Assembly: GCA_964252075.1 (NCBI GenBank)
Contig: CAXULY010000006.1
Span: 96,001 to 160,000, forward strand
Source: an uncultured Deinococcaceae bacterium
Lineage (GTDB): Bacteria > Deinococcota > Deinococci > Deinococcales > Deinococcaceae
DNA: 64,000 nucleotides
Direction: 5' to 3'
Positions 1-10,222 of this stretch are shown piece by piece; the stretch's first letter is position 1, and each line of letters opens with the position of its first letter. The translations under genes and the position numbers were made by a program. The notes under the pieces were generated by a model. That model saw only the letters and a program-made list of their open reading frames with translations. It had not been told where the DNA came from and searched no databases.

Positions 1-744
1 GATAAACACCGGGCAGCGCTCCGGCGCGAACAGGTCGGGCCGCGCGGGCGCGAACCAGTGCAGCACCTGGCGGTGCCCGCGCGTGAGGGGCGCGGCGGCG
101 GGCACGAGGTCCGCGAGCCACCCGCCGGCGCTGACGATCACGCGCGCGGCGCGTTCCTCGCCGCCGTCCGTCACGACGCGCACCGCGTCCCCGTCCGCCC
201 GGATCTCGCGCACGGCCTCACCGAACCGCGTGGCGGCGCCGTCCGCGCGCGCGAGGCGGAGCTGCACGTCCACGCAGCGCTCCGGGTACAGCAGGCCCGC
301 GCCGGGCTCCCAGTAGGCGCGCTCGTCGTCGCGCGGGGCGAATGCGGGGAAGCGGTCGCGGACCTCGCGCGCGCTCAGCATGCCGTGCGGCACGCCCGCC
401 GCCTCCGCGACGCGGCGCGAGGCGGAGGCGAAGTCCAGGGGCGCGTCCGGTTCCGGCCGCTCGGGTCCCAGCACGAGGAGGCCCGTGCGGCGGAACAGCG
501 TCTCGCCCGAGCGCGCCTCCAGTTCCGCCCACCTGCGCATGGAGGCGCGCACGAAGGGCACGTACTGCGCGCCCTCGCCGAGCGCCTCGCGCGTGATGCG
601 CGTCTCGCCGTGGCTGGACCCCCACGCGTGCGGCGGCGTGAAGCGGTCCAGCCCGAGGACGCGCGCGCCGCGCCCCGCGAGGGTGTACAGGGCGGCGCTG
701 CCAACCGCGCCGAGCCCCACGACGATCACGTCCCAGGAAGGCAT
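1..744 (-). CDS. solA: N-methyl-L-tryptophan oxidase / monomeric sarcosine oxidase family flavoprotein (3' end lies outside the window)
   Basis: Read manually on the minus strand from ATG at 744: MPSWDVIVVGLGAVGSAALYTLAGRGARVLGLDRFTPPHAWGSSHGETRITR. Has the GxGxxG FAD motif and the GSSHGxTRI signature. TAGAGT -10 lies 6 nt upstream (leaderless). Confidence 0.85.
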   Translation of the reverse strand, partial: MPSWDVIVVGLGAVGSAALYTLAGRGARVLGLDRFTPPHAWGSSHGETRITREALGEGAQYVPFVRASMRRWAELEARSGETLFRRTGLLVLGPERPEPDAPLDFASASRRVAEAAGVPHGMLSAREVRDRFPAFAPRDDERAYWEPGAGLLYPERCVDVQLRLARADGAATRFGEAVREIRADGDAVRVVTDGGEERAARVIVSAGGWLADLVPAAAPLTRGHRQVLHWFAPARPDLFAPERCPVFI

Positions 745-965
745 GTCTGCACTCTACCCAGCGGGGACGCCCTTCGGCGGGCGTCCCCGTAGGTCAGGGG
801 GCCTAAGGGGCCTCTGCCGTTCGGCGCAGGGCGCGCGCGTCCTCCGGCTGTTACGCTGCGGGGGCATTCCACCGCTCCGCCGGACGCCGGACACGCCCCG
901 CGCACGTCCACCTTGCAGGAGCCGCGCCCCGCGCCCACGCGGGGCCCTCACCCACCGGAGCCACC

Positions 966-2330
966 ATGACCACGCTGCACACGTTCATCACGGCGTGCTG
1001 GCACGACCTCGTCACGGCGTTGCGCCACACCCTCGCCACCAACCAGCTCGCCCAGGGCGGCCTCGTCATCGGCGCGCTCGGCGCGCTCGCCGCCTTCCTG
1101 CGCGCCCTGCCCACGCTGCTCCTGGCGCGCCTCAAGGACCGCCTGACCCTCACCCTCGACGTTCAGGGGGACGACGCCGCCTTCCCGTGGCTCGCCGCCT
1201 GGCTGGCCGCGCAGCCCGGCGGGCGGCACCTGCGGCACCTGGGGGTCGTCACGCGCTACAACGAGCAGATGGGCGGGCAGACCCTGCTGCTCGGCACGGA
1301 CCGCGACGGTGACGAGGTGCACGTGCGGCTGGTTCCGCTGAGCGGCGCCGTGCTGCTGCGCTACCGCGGGCACTGGCTGCTGGTGCGGCCCTCCCGCGAG
1401 AAGCGCCACAGCGAAGCGCGGCAGCTGCTCGGGTACACGCACAGCCTGACGTTTCGCATGTTCAGCCCCGCGCGCGTCGTCATCCCGGACCTGCTGCGCG
1501 ACGCGTACGCCCTCACCGCCGGGCACCGCGACGGGCAGGTGGAGGTGCACGTGCCGGAGTACCAGACCTGGACGCTCGCCGAGCGCCGCCCCGCGCGGCC
1601 CCTCGGCAGCCTGGTGTACGACACCGACGTGCTGGACGCCCTGCGCGCGGACCTGCAGGCGTTCCTCGCGGACCGCGCGTGGTACGCGGGGCACGGCATT
1701 CCGTACCGCCGCGGGTACCTGCTGCACGGCCCGCCCGGCAACGGGAAGTCCAGCCTGGTGGCGGCGCTCGCCGGGGAGTTCGGGTTCGGGGTGTGCGTGC
1801 TGAACCTCGCGACGCCGGAACTCAGCGACGACCGCCTCGTGACGCTGCTGTCGAACCTGCCGCGCCGCACGGTGATTCTGCTGGAGGACATCGACGCGGT
1901 CTTCAAGGGCCGCGAGCCGCGCTCGGGCAGCGTGAAGCTGTCCTTCAACGGCCTGCTGAACGCGCTGGACGGCGTGGCGGCCGGGGAGAACGGCCGCCTG
2001 ACCTTCATGACGACCAACCACCTGGAGCACCTCGATCCGGCCCTGGTCCGGCCCGGGCGCGCGGACCGCCACGTGTTCCTCGGGAACGCCAGCCGCGCGC
2101 AGGTGCAGGGCATGCTGGCGCGCTTTTGGCCGCAGGAGCGCGCGGATGTGCTGGGGGCGCTCGCGGCGCGCGCGCCGGAGGGCGCGCTGAGCATGGCGGG
2201 CGTGCAGGAGTACCTGCTCGCGCGCCGCGGGGACTTCGCGGCGGTGCAGCGCGACTGGGCATCGCTGACCGGAACGCCCCTGGCGGTCCCCTGCCCCACG
2301 CGCCTCCAGCTGCAGCCCAGCGCCCGCTGA
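966..2330 (+). CDS. Bcs1-like AAA+ ATPase (N-terminal TM helix, BCS1_N domain, AAA domain)
   Basis: Motifs GIPYRRGYLLHGPPGNGKSS (Walker A), ILLEDID (Walker B), LSFNGLLNALDGVA and FMTTNHLEHLDPALVRPGR. N-terminal hydrophobic segment followed by TLDVQGDDAAFPWLAAWL. Confidence 0.88.
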   Translation: MTTLHTFITACWHDLVTALRHTLATNQLAQGGLVIGALGALAAFLRALPTLLLARLKDRLTLTLDVQGDDAAFPWLAAWLAAQPGGRHLRHLGVVTRYNEQMGGQTLLLGTDRDGDEVHVRLVPLSGAVLLRYRGHWLLVRPSREKRHSEARQLLGYTHSLTFRMFSPARVVIPDLLRDAYALTAGHRDGQVEVHVPEYQTWTLAERRPARPLGSLVYDTDVLDALRADLQAFLADRAWYAGHGIPYRRGYLLHGPPGNGKSSLVAALAGEFGFGVCVLNLATPELSDDRLVTLLSNLPRRTVILLEDIDAVFKGREPRSGSVKLSFNGLLNALDGVAAGENGRLTFMTTNHLEHLDPALVRPGRADRHVFLGNASRAQVQGMLARFWPQERADVLGALAARAPEGALSMAGVQEYLLARRGDFAAVQRDWASLTGTPLAVPCPTRLQLQPSAR

Positions 2331-2346
2331 GGGACCACCCAAATAC

Positions 2347-2372
2347 GGCGCCCCGCCCGCAGGCGGGGCGCC
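2347..2372 (+). terminator. GC-rich stem-loop downstream of the Bcs1-like gene
   Basis: GGCGCCCCGCC-CGCA-GGCGGGGCGCC, an 11-bp perfect stem; no clear U-tail. Confidence 0.55.
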
Positions 2373-2424
2373 CGCCTTACCGCAGCCTGACAGCGGGGCC
2401 GAACACTTCGGGGCGGAGGTTCTC

Positions 2425-3660
2425 ATGATGAAGCGATTCGTGCTCGGTCTGGCCCTGCTGCTGTGCGCCCAGGCGTCCGCCGCCGAACTGATTGGATACG
2501 CCGTGCTGCCCGCCGACACCTTCGCCGAGGGTCCGCCCTCCGGGCAGTTCGACGGCAGTGGCGCGCGCGCCGCGCAGCCGCGCTTCCCCAGCCAGCCCGT
2601 GCAGGGCTTCAGCGGCGTGCACTTCGCGCCCGAGGCGGGGCGGTACTGGTTCATGCCGGACAACGGCTTCGGCGCGAAATCCAACAGCGCGGACTTCCTG
2701 CTGCGCCTGTACGACCTCGCCCCCACCCCAAGAACGAAGCCCGGCGAGGCGGGCGGCGTGCAGGTCGGGCGCTTCGTGCAGCTGCGCGACCCGGACCGCC
2801 AGGTGCCCTTCCTGATCGTGAACGAGCACACCCCGGACCGCCTCCTGACGGGCGCGGACTTCGACATCGAGAGCTTCGTGCCCATGCCGGACGGCACCCT
2901 GTGGATCGGCGAGGAGTTCGGCCCGTGGCTGCTGCACGTGGACGCCACCGGCAAGGTCCTGGGCGCCCCCGTCCCCACCCCCGACTTCGGTGCGGGCAGG
3001 GACCCCGCGAAGGACGTGGTGCGCTCCCCGAACAACCCCGCCGTGCTGGCCGCGAGCCCCGCGCCGGGGCAGCCGGGCACCGCCACGCTGGCAGGCTCGA
3101 AGGGCTTCGAGGGCATGGCGGGCAACCCCGCCCGCACGCGCCTGTACCCGCTGCTGGAAGGCACCGTCGCGGGCGACCCGCCCGGCACGCTGCGCCTGCA
3201 CGAGTTCGACCCCGCCACCGGGCGGTTTGTGCGCGTGGTGGGCCGCTACCGGCTGGAGGACCCCAGCAACTCCATCGGGGACATGGCGACCGTGAACGAC
3301 GACGAGTACCTCGTGATCGAGCGCGATCAGGCGAGCGGCAGCGACGCGAAACTCAAGAAGATCTACAAGATCAACCTGAAGCACCTCAACGCGGACGGCA
3401 CCTTCGTGAAGGAGGAGGTTGCGGACCTGCTGAACATCCGGGACCCGCAGAACCTCGCGGGTTTCGGGCCCACCTTCCGCTTTCCCTTCGTGACGATTGA
3501 GGACGTGCTGGTGCTGGACGCCACCACCATCCTGGTCGCGAACGACAACAACTACCCGGGCACGGGCGGGCGCGGCCCGGACGTGAAGGACCCGAACGAG
3601 CTGCTGTGGCTCAAGCTGGACCACCCCCTGAACGTGGGGCCGGGCGTCGGCCGCCCCTGA
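2425..3660 (+). CDS. Secreted esterase-like activity of phytase family protein
   Basis: Signal peptide; motifs QGFSG, MPDNGFGAKSNSADFLLR, LTGADFDIES, WIGEEFGP, SKGFEGMA, VANDNNYP. GGAGG RBS. Confidence 0.85.
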   Translation: MMKRFVLGLALLLCAQASAAELIGYAVLPADTFAEGPPSGQFDGSGARAAQPRFPSQPVQGFSGVHFAPEAGRYWFMPDNGFGAKSNSADFLLRLYDLAPTPRTKPGEAGGVQVGRFVQLRDPDRQVPFLIVNEHTPDRLLTGADFDIESFVPMPDGTLWIGEEFGPWLLHVDATGKVLGAPVPTPDFGAGRDPAKDVVRSPNNPAVLAASPAPGQPGTATLAGSKGFEGMAGNPARTRLYPLLEGTVAGDPPGTLRLHEFDPATGRFVRVVGRYRLEDPSNSIGDMATVNDDEYLVIERDQASGSDAKLKKIYKINLKHLNADGTFVKEEVADLLNIRDPQNLAGFGPTFRFPFVTIEDVLVLDATTILVANDNNYPGTGGRGPDVKDPNELLWLKLDHPLNVGPGVGRP

Positions 3661-4047
3661 GCGGAGGCGGCGCCCTGCTCGGACCGCACCCGGCGCGCAA
3701 GGCACTTTCATGAGCGTCATGGCAGGCTAGGCGGAGGTGAGGTCAGCTGGCGGCACCTGACGGCCCATCGGTCGGTGCCTGTTCTCCCGAGGACGCGCTG
3801 GTCGCCTTCAGGGGTCTGGGGCAGGGTGAGGTGCCGCCACCTCCCCGCGCGCACCTCTGCGCGGGGAGCAGTCCGAGGCGGATTACCCCCTTGGGTGCGG
3901 GTGCGCATTCCAAGGCCAGTGGAGATCGGCAGGCACTGTGGGCGCAGGGTCAGGATGCGCGCCAAGAGTGCATCGCAGCTCACCCTTGAAGGAGGTAGCG
4001 CTTCTGGCGCGCGCCGAACCGATGACGCTCCGCCCTTGGCGTTCAAG

Positions 4048-6318
4048 CTACGTGAAGGGCAGGTGCAGCGGCTTGCCCCGCTGCACCACGTGCCGCTCCT
4101 GATCGAGGAGGACCGTGCCATCTGGACCGTTCAGGTGGACGCTGACGGTGTGGCCGCGCACCTGCACGCCTTCTAGCGTGAAGTCAAGGTCTGTGGGGAG
4201 CGGGGCGATGGTGAGGCCATCCAGGTTGGGTTGCACGCCGCACACGAAGCGGATGATGAGGTCCACGACATACGAGTGCATGTAGTCGTCCACCCCTCGG
4301 TAGGTGCTGGCGTGGCCCGTCATGGGGTGGTAATGCTCGTACGCGGTGGGGCGTTCCAGGTCGTGGTGTTCGAACATCATGTGCACATACCGCGTGATGA
4401 AGTCTGCGGTGGTGGCGCGCAGTGCGGGTTGGTCCTGGCTGGCGCGCGCGAGGATGTCGGCGACGTGACTGTTGGTCATCGGCCAGGTGCGGCCATTCCA
4501 GGGGCAATTGTGCCGTTTGCCTTTCCATTCGGGCGTCGCGCTGAAGTTCGGGTCGCGCTGGGAACTGCTCGGGACGGGGTACGGCGTCCAGAACTCATCG
4601 GGGTTCAGGAGGTGTGCGGTGAGCCCTTCGAGGTGCGTGTCATCCACGATGTCCGTGAGGTACGGGTAGAAGTTCACGACGCTCAGCGCGGTGGTGCGCG
4701 CGCCGTCCGGGCCGAGGTCGCAGAAGGCCTGGAGTTGCGGGTCCCAGCTGAGGGCGCGCAGCGCGGCGCGGGTGTGTTCTGCGGAGGCGTGCCAGCGTGC
4801 CGCTTCCCCGGTGTCGAGCTGAACCGCGAGCGCCTCCAGCGTGCGGAAGAGCCGGTACAGGTACGTGGTGGCGTCCACGCCCTTGAGGGGCGCACGCATG
4901 TCGCGCCATTCGTCCGCGAGGGGATCAGCGGCGAAATACCGCGTCATGTACTCCTGGCCGGTCTCCCACTGGTTGATGATGTCGAACAGCCCGCTGCCGG
5001 CCGCGTCGCGGTGCGCCTGGAAGTACCCGGCGTAGCGCGCGAAGGCGTCGTACAGGCGGCGCACGTCCGGGAGGGGATGCACACTCTGTACCGCTTCGAA
5101 GGCGGCGGCCCAGTCGGCGTGGTAGATCTCGTGCTCGCTGCGCCACTCCAAGTACAGGTGCGCTGGAAAAGTGCCGTTGGGCGTCTGTGCGTCGAGGACG
5201 GTGTTCAGGATGCCGTGCGCGAGCGTGCTGGAGCGCATCCATCGCGCCTCACGGGCCAGCACCTGCATGGAGTAACTGATGGGGAGGCGGAAGTACCCGA
5301 TGCCTTCGCAGACGACCGGGTGGCGGTAGTGGCCCTGCTCGGGTCGAATGGTGTTGAGCCGCAGGCCGTACCAGCGGTGGTAGTAGTACTTCTCCATGTA
5401 CGGGTCGCTGCACCGGAAGGTTGGCACGTCCGCGAAGTACGACCGCCAGCGCGCCTCGGCGTCCCCGACGGGGTCCGGGTGGTTCGAGGCGTCCACCGCC
5501 TGGGACAGGGCGGCGTCGCGTGTACGGGCGACGCTGGCGGCGATGGTCACGGCTGCCGCCCGCCCGGCCTGGAGGGCGATGGGCCGTTCAATCCCCAGGT
5601 ACATCAGGCCATTGCCGTCAATGCCGGTGAGCTTCTCCTCGTTCGGCAGGCCGCTACCGGTGAGGGTTTCGACGTACGGCGTGAGGCGGTGGTGGGGGTG
5701 ATTGGCGGTGCTTTGCGAGAAGTTCACGCTGAATGAGCGGGCGTCTTGGACGGCCAGGGCGAGCGCGAGTTCCAGTTGTTGCTGACGCGCGCCCGTCACC
5801 ACGCGAGACAACGCGAGGGCCGTCCCTCGCCGTGCGTACCCGGCGTGACCGCGCGCCTGCTGCGCGGCCGTGGCGGTGCCCGCTTCGCCCAAGGTGGGCG
5901 TGGCGCCTTCACTCATGGGTTGTGCCGTCCAGGTGAGGAGCTGCAGGTGCCGGTCCGCGTCCGCCTCGAGATGCAGGTGGGAGATGAGGGCGTCGTGTTC
6001 GCCCATGACTTTCGTTTCGGTGACGCGCACGCCGGGCGCGGTGTACGTGACGGTAAGGCGGTCGGGCCGCCAGCGTCGGCCCTGGTACGTCAGGGGGAGT
6101 TCCACGCCGCGCTCGTCGATGAGCGCGAAGGTGAAGGCCGGTTCGATGGGGTAGTGCAGGTAGTGCGCGGGGTCCCAGTAGCCGGGGCGGTGGTCGTGCA
6201 GGGGGAAGGGAGGCGCGTACAGCAGGGCGGGGGCGCCGGACACGAACCACTTGTCATCCCGTTCGAGGAGCGCGAGGGGATCGAGGGGGGCGGTCAGCGC
6301 GTCAACGGGGCTCGTCAT
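4048..6318 (-). CDS. MGH1/GH63-like (alpha/alpha)6 glycoside hydrolase
   Basis: 756 aa. Motifs WETGQEY, KGVDATTY, FWTPYPVPS, WNGRTWPMTNSH, YEHYHPMTG. Last gene of the sugar ABC operon. Confidence 0.75.
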   Translation of the reverse strand: MTSPVDALTAPLDPLALLERDDKWFVSGAPALLYAPPFPLHDHRPGYWDPAHYLHYPIEPAFTFALIDERGVELPLTYQGRRWRPDRLTVTYTAPGVRVTETKVMGEHDALISHLHLEADADRHLQLLTWTAQPMSEGATPTLGEAGTATAAQQARGHAGYARRGTALALSRVVTGARQQQLELALALAVQDARSFSVNFSQSTANHPHHRLTPYVETLTGSGLPNEEKLTGIDGNGLMYLGIERPIALQAGRAAAVTIAASVARTRDAALSQAVDASNHPDPVGDAEARWRSYFADVPTFRCSDPYMEKYYYHRWYGLRLNTIRPEQGHYRHPVVCEGIGYFRLPISYSMQVLAREARWMRSSTLAHGILNTVLDAQTPNGTFPAHLYLEWRSEHEIYHADWAAAFEAVQSVHPLPDVRRLYDAFARYAGYFQAHRDAAGSGLFDIINQWETGQEYMTRYFAADPLADEWRDMRAPLKGVDATTYLYRLFRTLEALAVQLDTGEAARWHASAEHTRAALRALSWDPQLQAFCDLGPDGARTTALSVVNFYPYLTDIVDDTHLEGLTAHLLNPDEFWTPYPVPSSSQRDPNFSATPEWKGKRHNCPWNGRTWPMTNSHVADILARASQDQPALRATTADFITRYVHMMFEHHDLERPTAYEHYHPMTGHASTYRGVDDYMHSYVVDLIIRFVCGVQPNLDGLTIAPLPTDLDFTLEGVQVRGHTVSVHLNGPDGTVLLDQERHVVQRGKPLHLPFT

Positions 6319-8365
6319 GCGCGGCTCCTGTCAGGGCGTCGTCGGGCAGCGTGAGGGTTTCGCCCCACGTCAGGGTCGAGGGGCGTCCGTTCACGGTGAC
6401 GTGGCAATGGTGTGGGTCGCCGCGCAGGGTGAGGTGGACGCGGTGCCCGTGGTGCGTGAGCTGCACCCCGAGCGTCCGGCCGTCCCGCAGCTCTGGCGGG
6501 AGGTTCGGCTGGAGCAGAAACGCGTGTTGCGCGGGGCGGTGGCCCACCAGGTGGCGCAGCAGCAGGTGCGTGAGGAACGCCCCCCAGCCGTAGCCTTCCC
6601 CGCCGCACCGGTCGTGGTGCGGCCAGTACTCACACGCGACGCCCGGCAGGGTGCGGTCCGGGCCTTCTTCGCGGGCGTCCCAGCGGCGATACACGCGCTC
6701 AATGACGTGCCCGAGGGTGCGGGCGGCGCGTTCGTGCAGGCCGAGCGTTTCAGCGGCGAGCACTTCGGTCCACACGAACATCGGCCAGACGCCGCCGCGC
6801 GCATCGAGGGCGCCGATCTCGGCGCGTCCCGCGGGGTGGTGCGCTTCGGGGGCGACCTGCAGCGCGAAGGGCGCGGTGAGCATCACGTCGTTCACGTCGG
6901 TGAAGGCGCCGCTGTGGGTGTCGCGGTCCGCGTAGCGCGCGCCGGTGAAGAGCGCGGCGCAGTCGCGCGCGTACCGCTCGGCGTCCGCGCGCCAGGTGCG
7001 GGCGTCGGCGCGGTACCCGAGGTGATCGGCGAATCGCGCCAGCACGTGCGCGGCGTGGGCCATCGCGGCGTACAGGTCGACGGGCATGACGTGCCGGACG
7101 GGGTGCCCGCCGCCGAGGGGTTGTGCGCCGAAGCGTGGGGAGTCGTCCTGGCCACTCTCCCAGGAGCACACGAAGCCGAGTGTGCCGTCCCGGGCGGCGC
7201 GTTCGTCCTGCCAGAAGCGGTGGAACGCCGCGAGGTGGGGGTACAGGTCGCGCAGCCAGGCCTCGTCGGGGTGCAGCTCGAAGAGGCGTTGGGCGGCGAG
7301 GTACGGGTAGCCCCATTGCGGGCCCGTGCCGCAGGGTGTGCCGTCCGCGGCGAGCATGTTGAGGCTGCCGTCCTCGCGGCCGCACGGCACGTTGGGGCGT
7401 TCGGCGTTGCGGAACACGCCGAGCAGCATGGCCTGCGCGTTCGCCGGGTCGGCGTGCGCGAGCGCCAGGGCGTCCATGGCGGCTTCCGCGAGGACGACCC
7501 TGGGGGCCTGCACCTGCATGGCGTCCCATGGGTGCAGGTACCGGCCGACCGGATCCTTGGGCATCATGCGGAGCGTGTGCAGGTCGTAGTGCAGGCCGCG
7601 CCGCCAGTGGTCCGGCCAGCCGTCCGTGAGGGCGGGCGCGCGCGTGGCGAACGCCGCGTCGTGCGCGCGGTGTGCGGCGAGGGTCGCCTGGTGTGCGGCG
7701 TGCGCGCGTGCGCCCTCGGTGCGCGCAGCGTCGGCGGTGACGCCGCGCGCGAGGGTGCAGCGCAGGACCACTCCGGGCTGCAGGGTGAAGCGGAGGTGCG
7801 CCTGCACCTCCACTTCGTCCCCCGCCCGGCCCGTGACGGTCATGAAGTCGCCCGGCTGCAGTTCGGTGTGGCCCTGCGCGTCAGCGGCGCTGATGGACTG
7901 CGGTGGGCTGCTGGTGCGCAGGTGAAAGGCTGGGCCGTCCTCGAAGGTCTGCACGACCAGCCCATCCTGGTCGGGCCGCACGATCAGTCCGCTTTCACCC
8001 CACTCGCCGAGTGGACTCAACACGCGGCGGAGCGTCACGCGCGCTGTGAAGGTCGTCTCGGTGTTGACCTCGACCAGCGCGAGGAGGGCGTCATCGCCTG
8101 CGGGGCAGAAGGTGGCGTGCAGGCCGCCGGGGGTCACGAAGCGCTTGACGTTGCTGGTGTGCTCGTCGCAGTGCGTGGGGGGCGTCCCCACGTCGAATTC
8201 CAGGGACGCGCGGTAGTGTTCGCGGCGGTGCCCGTAGCCGGACGCGTGGTTCGGGTAATGCCACGCGAAGCCGAGGGCGCTGGAGCGCAGCACCCCTTTG
8301 GGGTTGAGATTCCGGGCGTGGCCGTGCACGTGCAGGTAGCCGTGGGGGGTGTAGGTGTCCGGCAC
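6302..8365 (-). CDS. Putative (alpha/alpha)-barrel glycoside hydrolase (GH63/trehalase-like)
   Basis: C-terminal part of ORF 6302..9124. Probable GTG start at 8365 just after the permease stop. Motifs CSWESGQDDSPRFG, VWPMF, CEYWP, EGYGWGA. Confidence 0.7.
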   Translation of the reverse strand: MPDTYTPHGYLHVHGHARNLNPKGVLRSSALGFAWHYPNHASGYGHRREHYRASLEFDVGTPPTHCDEHTSNVKRFVTPGGLHATFCPAGDDALLALVEVNTETTFTARVTLRRVLSPLGEWGESGLIVRPDQDGLVVQTFEDGPAFHLRTSSPPQSISAADAQGHTELQPGDFMTVTGRAGDEVEVQAHLRFTLQPGVVLRCTLARGVTADAARTEGARAHAAHQATLAAHRAHDAAFATRAPALTDGWPDHWRRGLHYDLHTLRMMPKDPVGRYLHPWDAMQVQAPRVVLAEAAMDALALAHADPANAQAMLLGVFRNAERPNVPCGREDGSLNMLAADGTPCGTGPQWGYPYLAAQRLFELHPDEAWLRDLYPHLAAFHRFWQDERAARDGTLGFVCSWESGQDDSPRFGAQPLGGGHPVRHVMPVDLYAAMAHAAHVLARFADHLGYRADARTWRADAERYARDCAALFTGARYADRDTHSGAFTDVNDVMLTAPFALQVAPEAHHPAGRAEIGALDARGGVWPMFVWTEVLAAETLGLHERAARTLGHVIERVYRRWDAREEGPDRTLPGVACEYWPHHDRCGGEGYGWGAFLTHLLLRHLVGHRPAQHAFLLQPNLPPELRDGRTLGVQLTHHGHRVHLTLRGDPHHCHVTVNGRPSTLTWGETLTLPDDALTGAAHDEPR

Positions 8366-8367
8366 GG

Positions 8368-9219
8368 TCAGCCTTTCACGCTGCCGAGCGCGATGCCCTG
8401 CACGAAGTACCGCTGCGCGAAGAAGTACACCACCAGCACGGGCAGCATCACGACGACGCTGGCGGCCATCACGAGCGGCCAGTTGGGTTGTTGGAAGGCG
8501 CTGGAGGTGTTGTTGAAGTACGCCAGGCCAAGCTCGAGGGTGCGCAGGTTCTCGCTGCGCGCGATCAGCAGCGGCCACAGCAGGTCCGTCCAGGCGCCCA
8601 TGAAGGCGAACACGCCGATGGTGGCGAGCGCCGGGGTGTTCATGGGGAGGAAGATGCGAGCGTACACCGTCCAGTCGGTGGCGCCGTCCACGCGCGCGGC
8701 GTCGATGAGGTCGCGCGGGACGGACAGGAAGCTCTGGCGCAGCAGGAAAATGCCGTAGGCGCTGGACAGTCCGGGCGCGATGAGGCCCCACATGGTGTTC
8801 ACCCAGCCGAGCTTGAAGATGATCAGGTACAGAGGGATCAGGGTGATCTGGAAGGGCACCATCTGCGTGGCGAGGTAGAAGAGGAACAGCGTGTCGCGCC
8901 CGAGGAAGGTGAGGCGCGCGAAGGCGTACGCGGCCATGGAGCAGATCACCAGTTGACCGATCACGGTGGCGGCGGTGACAAGGATCGTGTTCAGGAAGTA
9001 CTGTCCGAAGGGCGCCTGCGTGAAGAGCCGGGTGTAACTGGTGAGGTCGGCGCTGCGCGGCAGGATCTCGGGAGGGAAGGTGAATTCGCTCCCGGGCGGC
9101 TTGAGGGACGTGGAGACCATCCACAGAAACGGCACGACCATCATGAGGGCGACGGCGATCAGCATGGCGTAGCCGAGCAGGCGCAGGGGCCCGTCGAAAG
9201 GGCTTTTGTGGCGGACCAT
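8368..9219 (-). CDS. Carbohydrate ABC transporter permease (MalG-like)
   Basis: TM helices, EAA-like loop (LIDAARVDGAT), C-terminal FAQRYFVQGIALGSVKG. Confidence 0.92.
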   Translation of the reverse strand: MVRHKSPFDGPLRLLGYAMLIAVALMMVVPFLWMVSTSLKPPGSEFTFPPEILPRSADLTSYTRLFTQAPFGQYFLNTILVTAATVIGQLVICSMAAYAFARLTFLGRDTLFLFYLATQMVPFQITLIPLYLIIFKLGWVNTMWGLIAPGLSSAYGIFLLRQSFLSVPRDLIDAARVDGATDWTVYARIFLPMNTPALATIGVFAFMGAWTDLLWPLLIARSENLRTLELGLAYFNNTSSAFQQPNWPLVMAASVVVMLPVLVVYFFAQRYFVQGIALGSVKG

Positions 9220-9238
9220 GGTCCTCCTTTGAGCGCGT

Positions 9239-10189
9239 TCAGTAGAAGGAGCCGTCGCTGCCGCGGCGGCGCATGTAGAGGATCTGCGCGAGGGTGAGCA
9301 CGAAGATGATGGCGAACAGCACCCACGCCTGCGCGCTGGCGTAGCCCATCTTGAATTCCTGGAAGGCGCGCTGGTAGATGCGGAACACCACGACGTCGGT
9401 GGAGTCGAGCGGCCCGCCTTTGGTCATCACGTAGATGGGTGTGAACACCTGGAAGGAGCCGATCACACCGGTGATGAGCAGGAAGAAACTGGTGGGCGCC
9501 AGCATGGGGAGGGTGATGGAGCGAAATGACTGCCAGGCGTTCGCGCCGTCCAGCGCGGCCGCCTCGTACAGTTCGCGGGGGATGCCCTGCAGGCCCGCGA
9601 GCCAGATCACCATGGTGAAGCCGGCGCCCTTCCAGGTGCTCACCAGCACCACGCTGAACAGCGCCCAGTGCGGGTCGCCCAGCCAGTTCACGCGCGGCAG
9701 GTGCGCGAGGGTCAGCAGGTAATTCAGGACGCCGATGTTCGGGTCGAGCAGGGTGATCCACACGACGCTCACGCCGACCCATGAGGACACGACGGGCAGG
9801 AAGAACAAGGTGCGGAAGAACGTCACGCCGCGCAGGCGCGCGTTCATGATCACGGCGAGCAGCAGGCTGACGGCCATGCCGAGTGGCACGGCCATCAGCG
9901 TGAAAAGCGCGCTGTTCTTCATGGCGTTCCAGAAGCGGTCGTCTCCGGTCATGAAGCGGTAGTTGTCCAGGCCGATGAAGGGCGCGCGCTGGAAGCTCGG
10001 GCCGTTCCAGTCGGTGAAGGACAGGTACAGGCTGAAGCCCAGCGGGATCAGCAGGAAGACCAGCAGGTGCACGAACGACGGGAGCACGAACAGGTAACCG
10101 ACGCGTTCGTTCCAGGGGCTCCAGAAGCGCCGCCAGGCGGTGCGGCGCGGCTTGACCGGTTCCTGGGGGGTGGTGTTGACGCTGGTCAT
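9239..10189 (-). CDS. Carbohydrate ABC transporter permease (MalF-like)
   Basis: LAGLQGIPRELYEAAALDGA EAA motif; MGYASAQAWVLF. Confidence 0.92.
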   Translation of the reverse strand: MTSVNTTPQEPVKPRRTAWRRFWSPWNERVGYLFVLPSFVHLLVFLLIPLGFSLYLSFTDWNGPSFQRAPFIGLDNYRFMTGDDRFWNAMKNSALFTLMAVPLGMAVSLLLAVIMNARLRGVTFFRTLFFLPVVSSWVGVSVVWITLLDPNIGVLNYLLTLAHLPRVNWLGDPHWALFSVVLVSTWKGAGFTMVIWLAGLQGIPRELYEAAALDGANAWQSFRSITLPMLAPTSFFLLITGVIGSFQVFTPIYVMTKGGPLDSTDVVVFRIYQRAFQEFKMGYASAQAWVLFAIIFVLTLAQILYMRRRGSDGSFY

Positions 10190-10222
10190 GCGGGCCTCCC
10201 GGAGAGGGTCACGTGGTGCGGC

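Noticed and set aside
761..790. Hairpin GCGGGGACGCCC-N6-GGGCGTCCCCGT between solA and the Bcs1-like gene as a riboswitch
   Set aside because: A single stem-loop with no aptamer consensus I can recognise.
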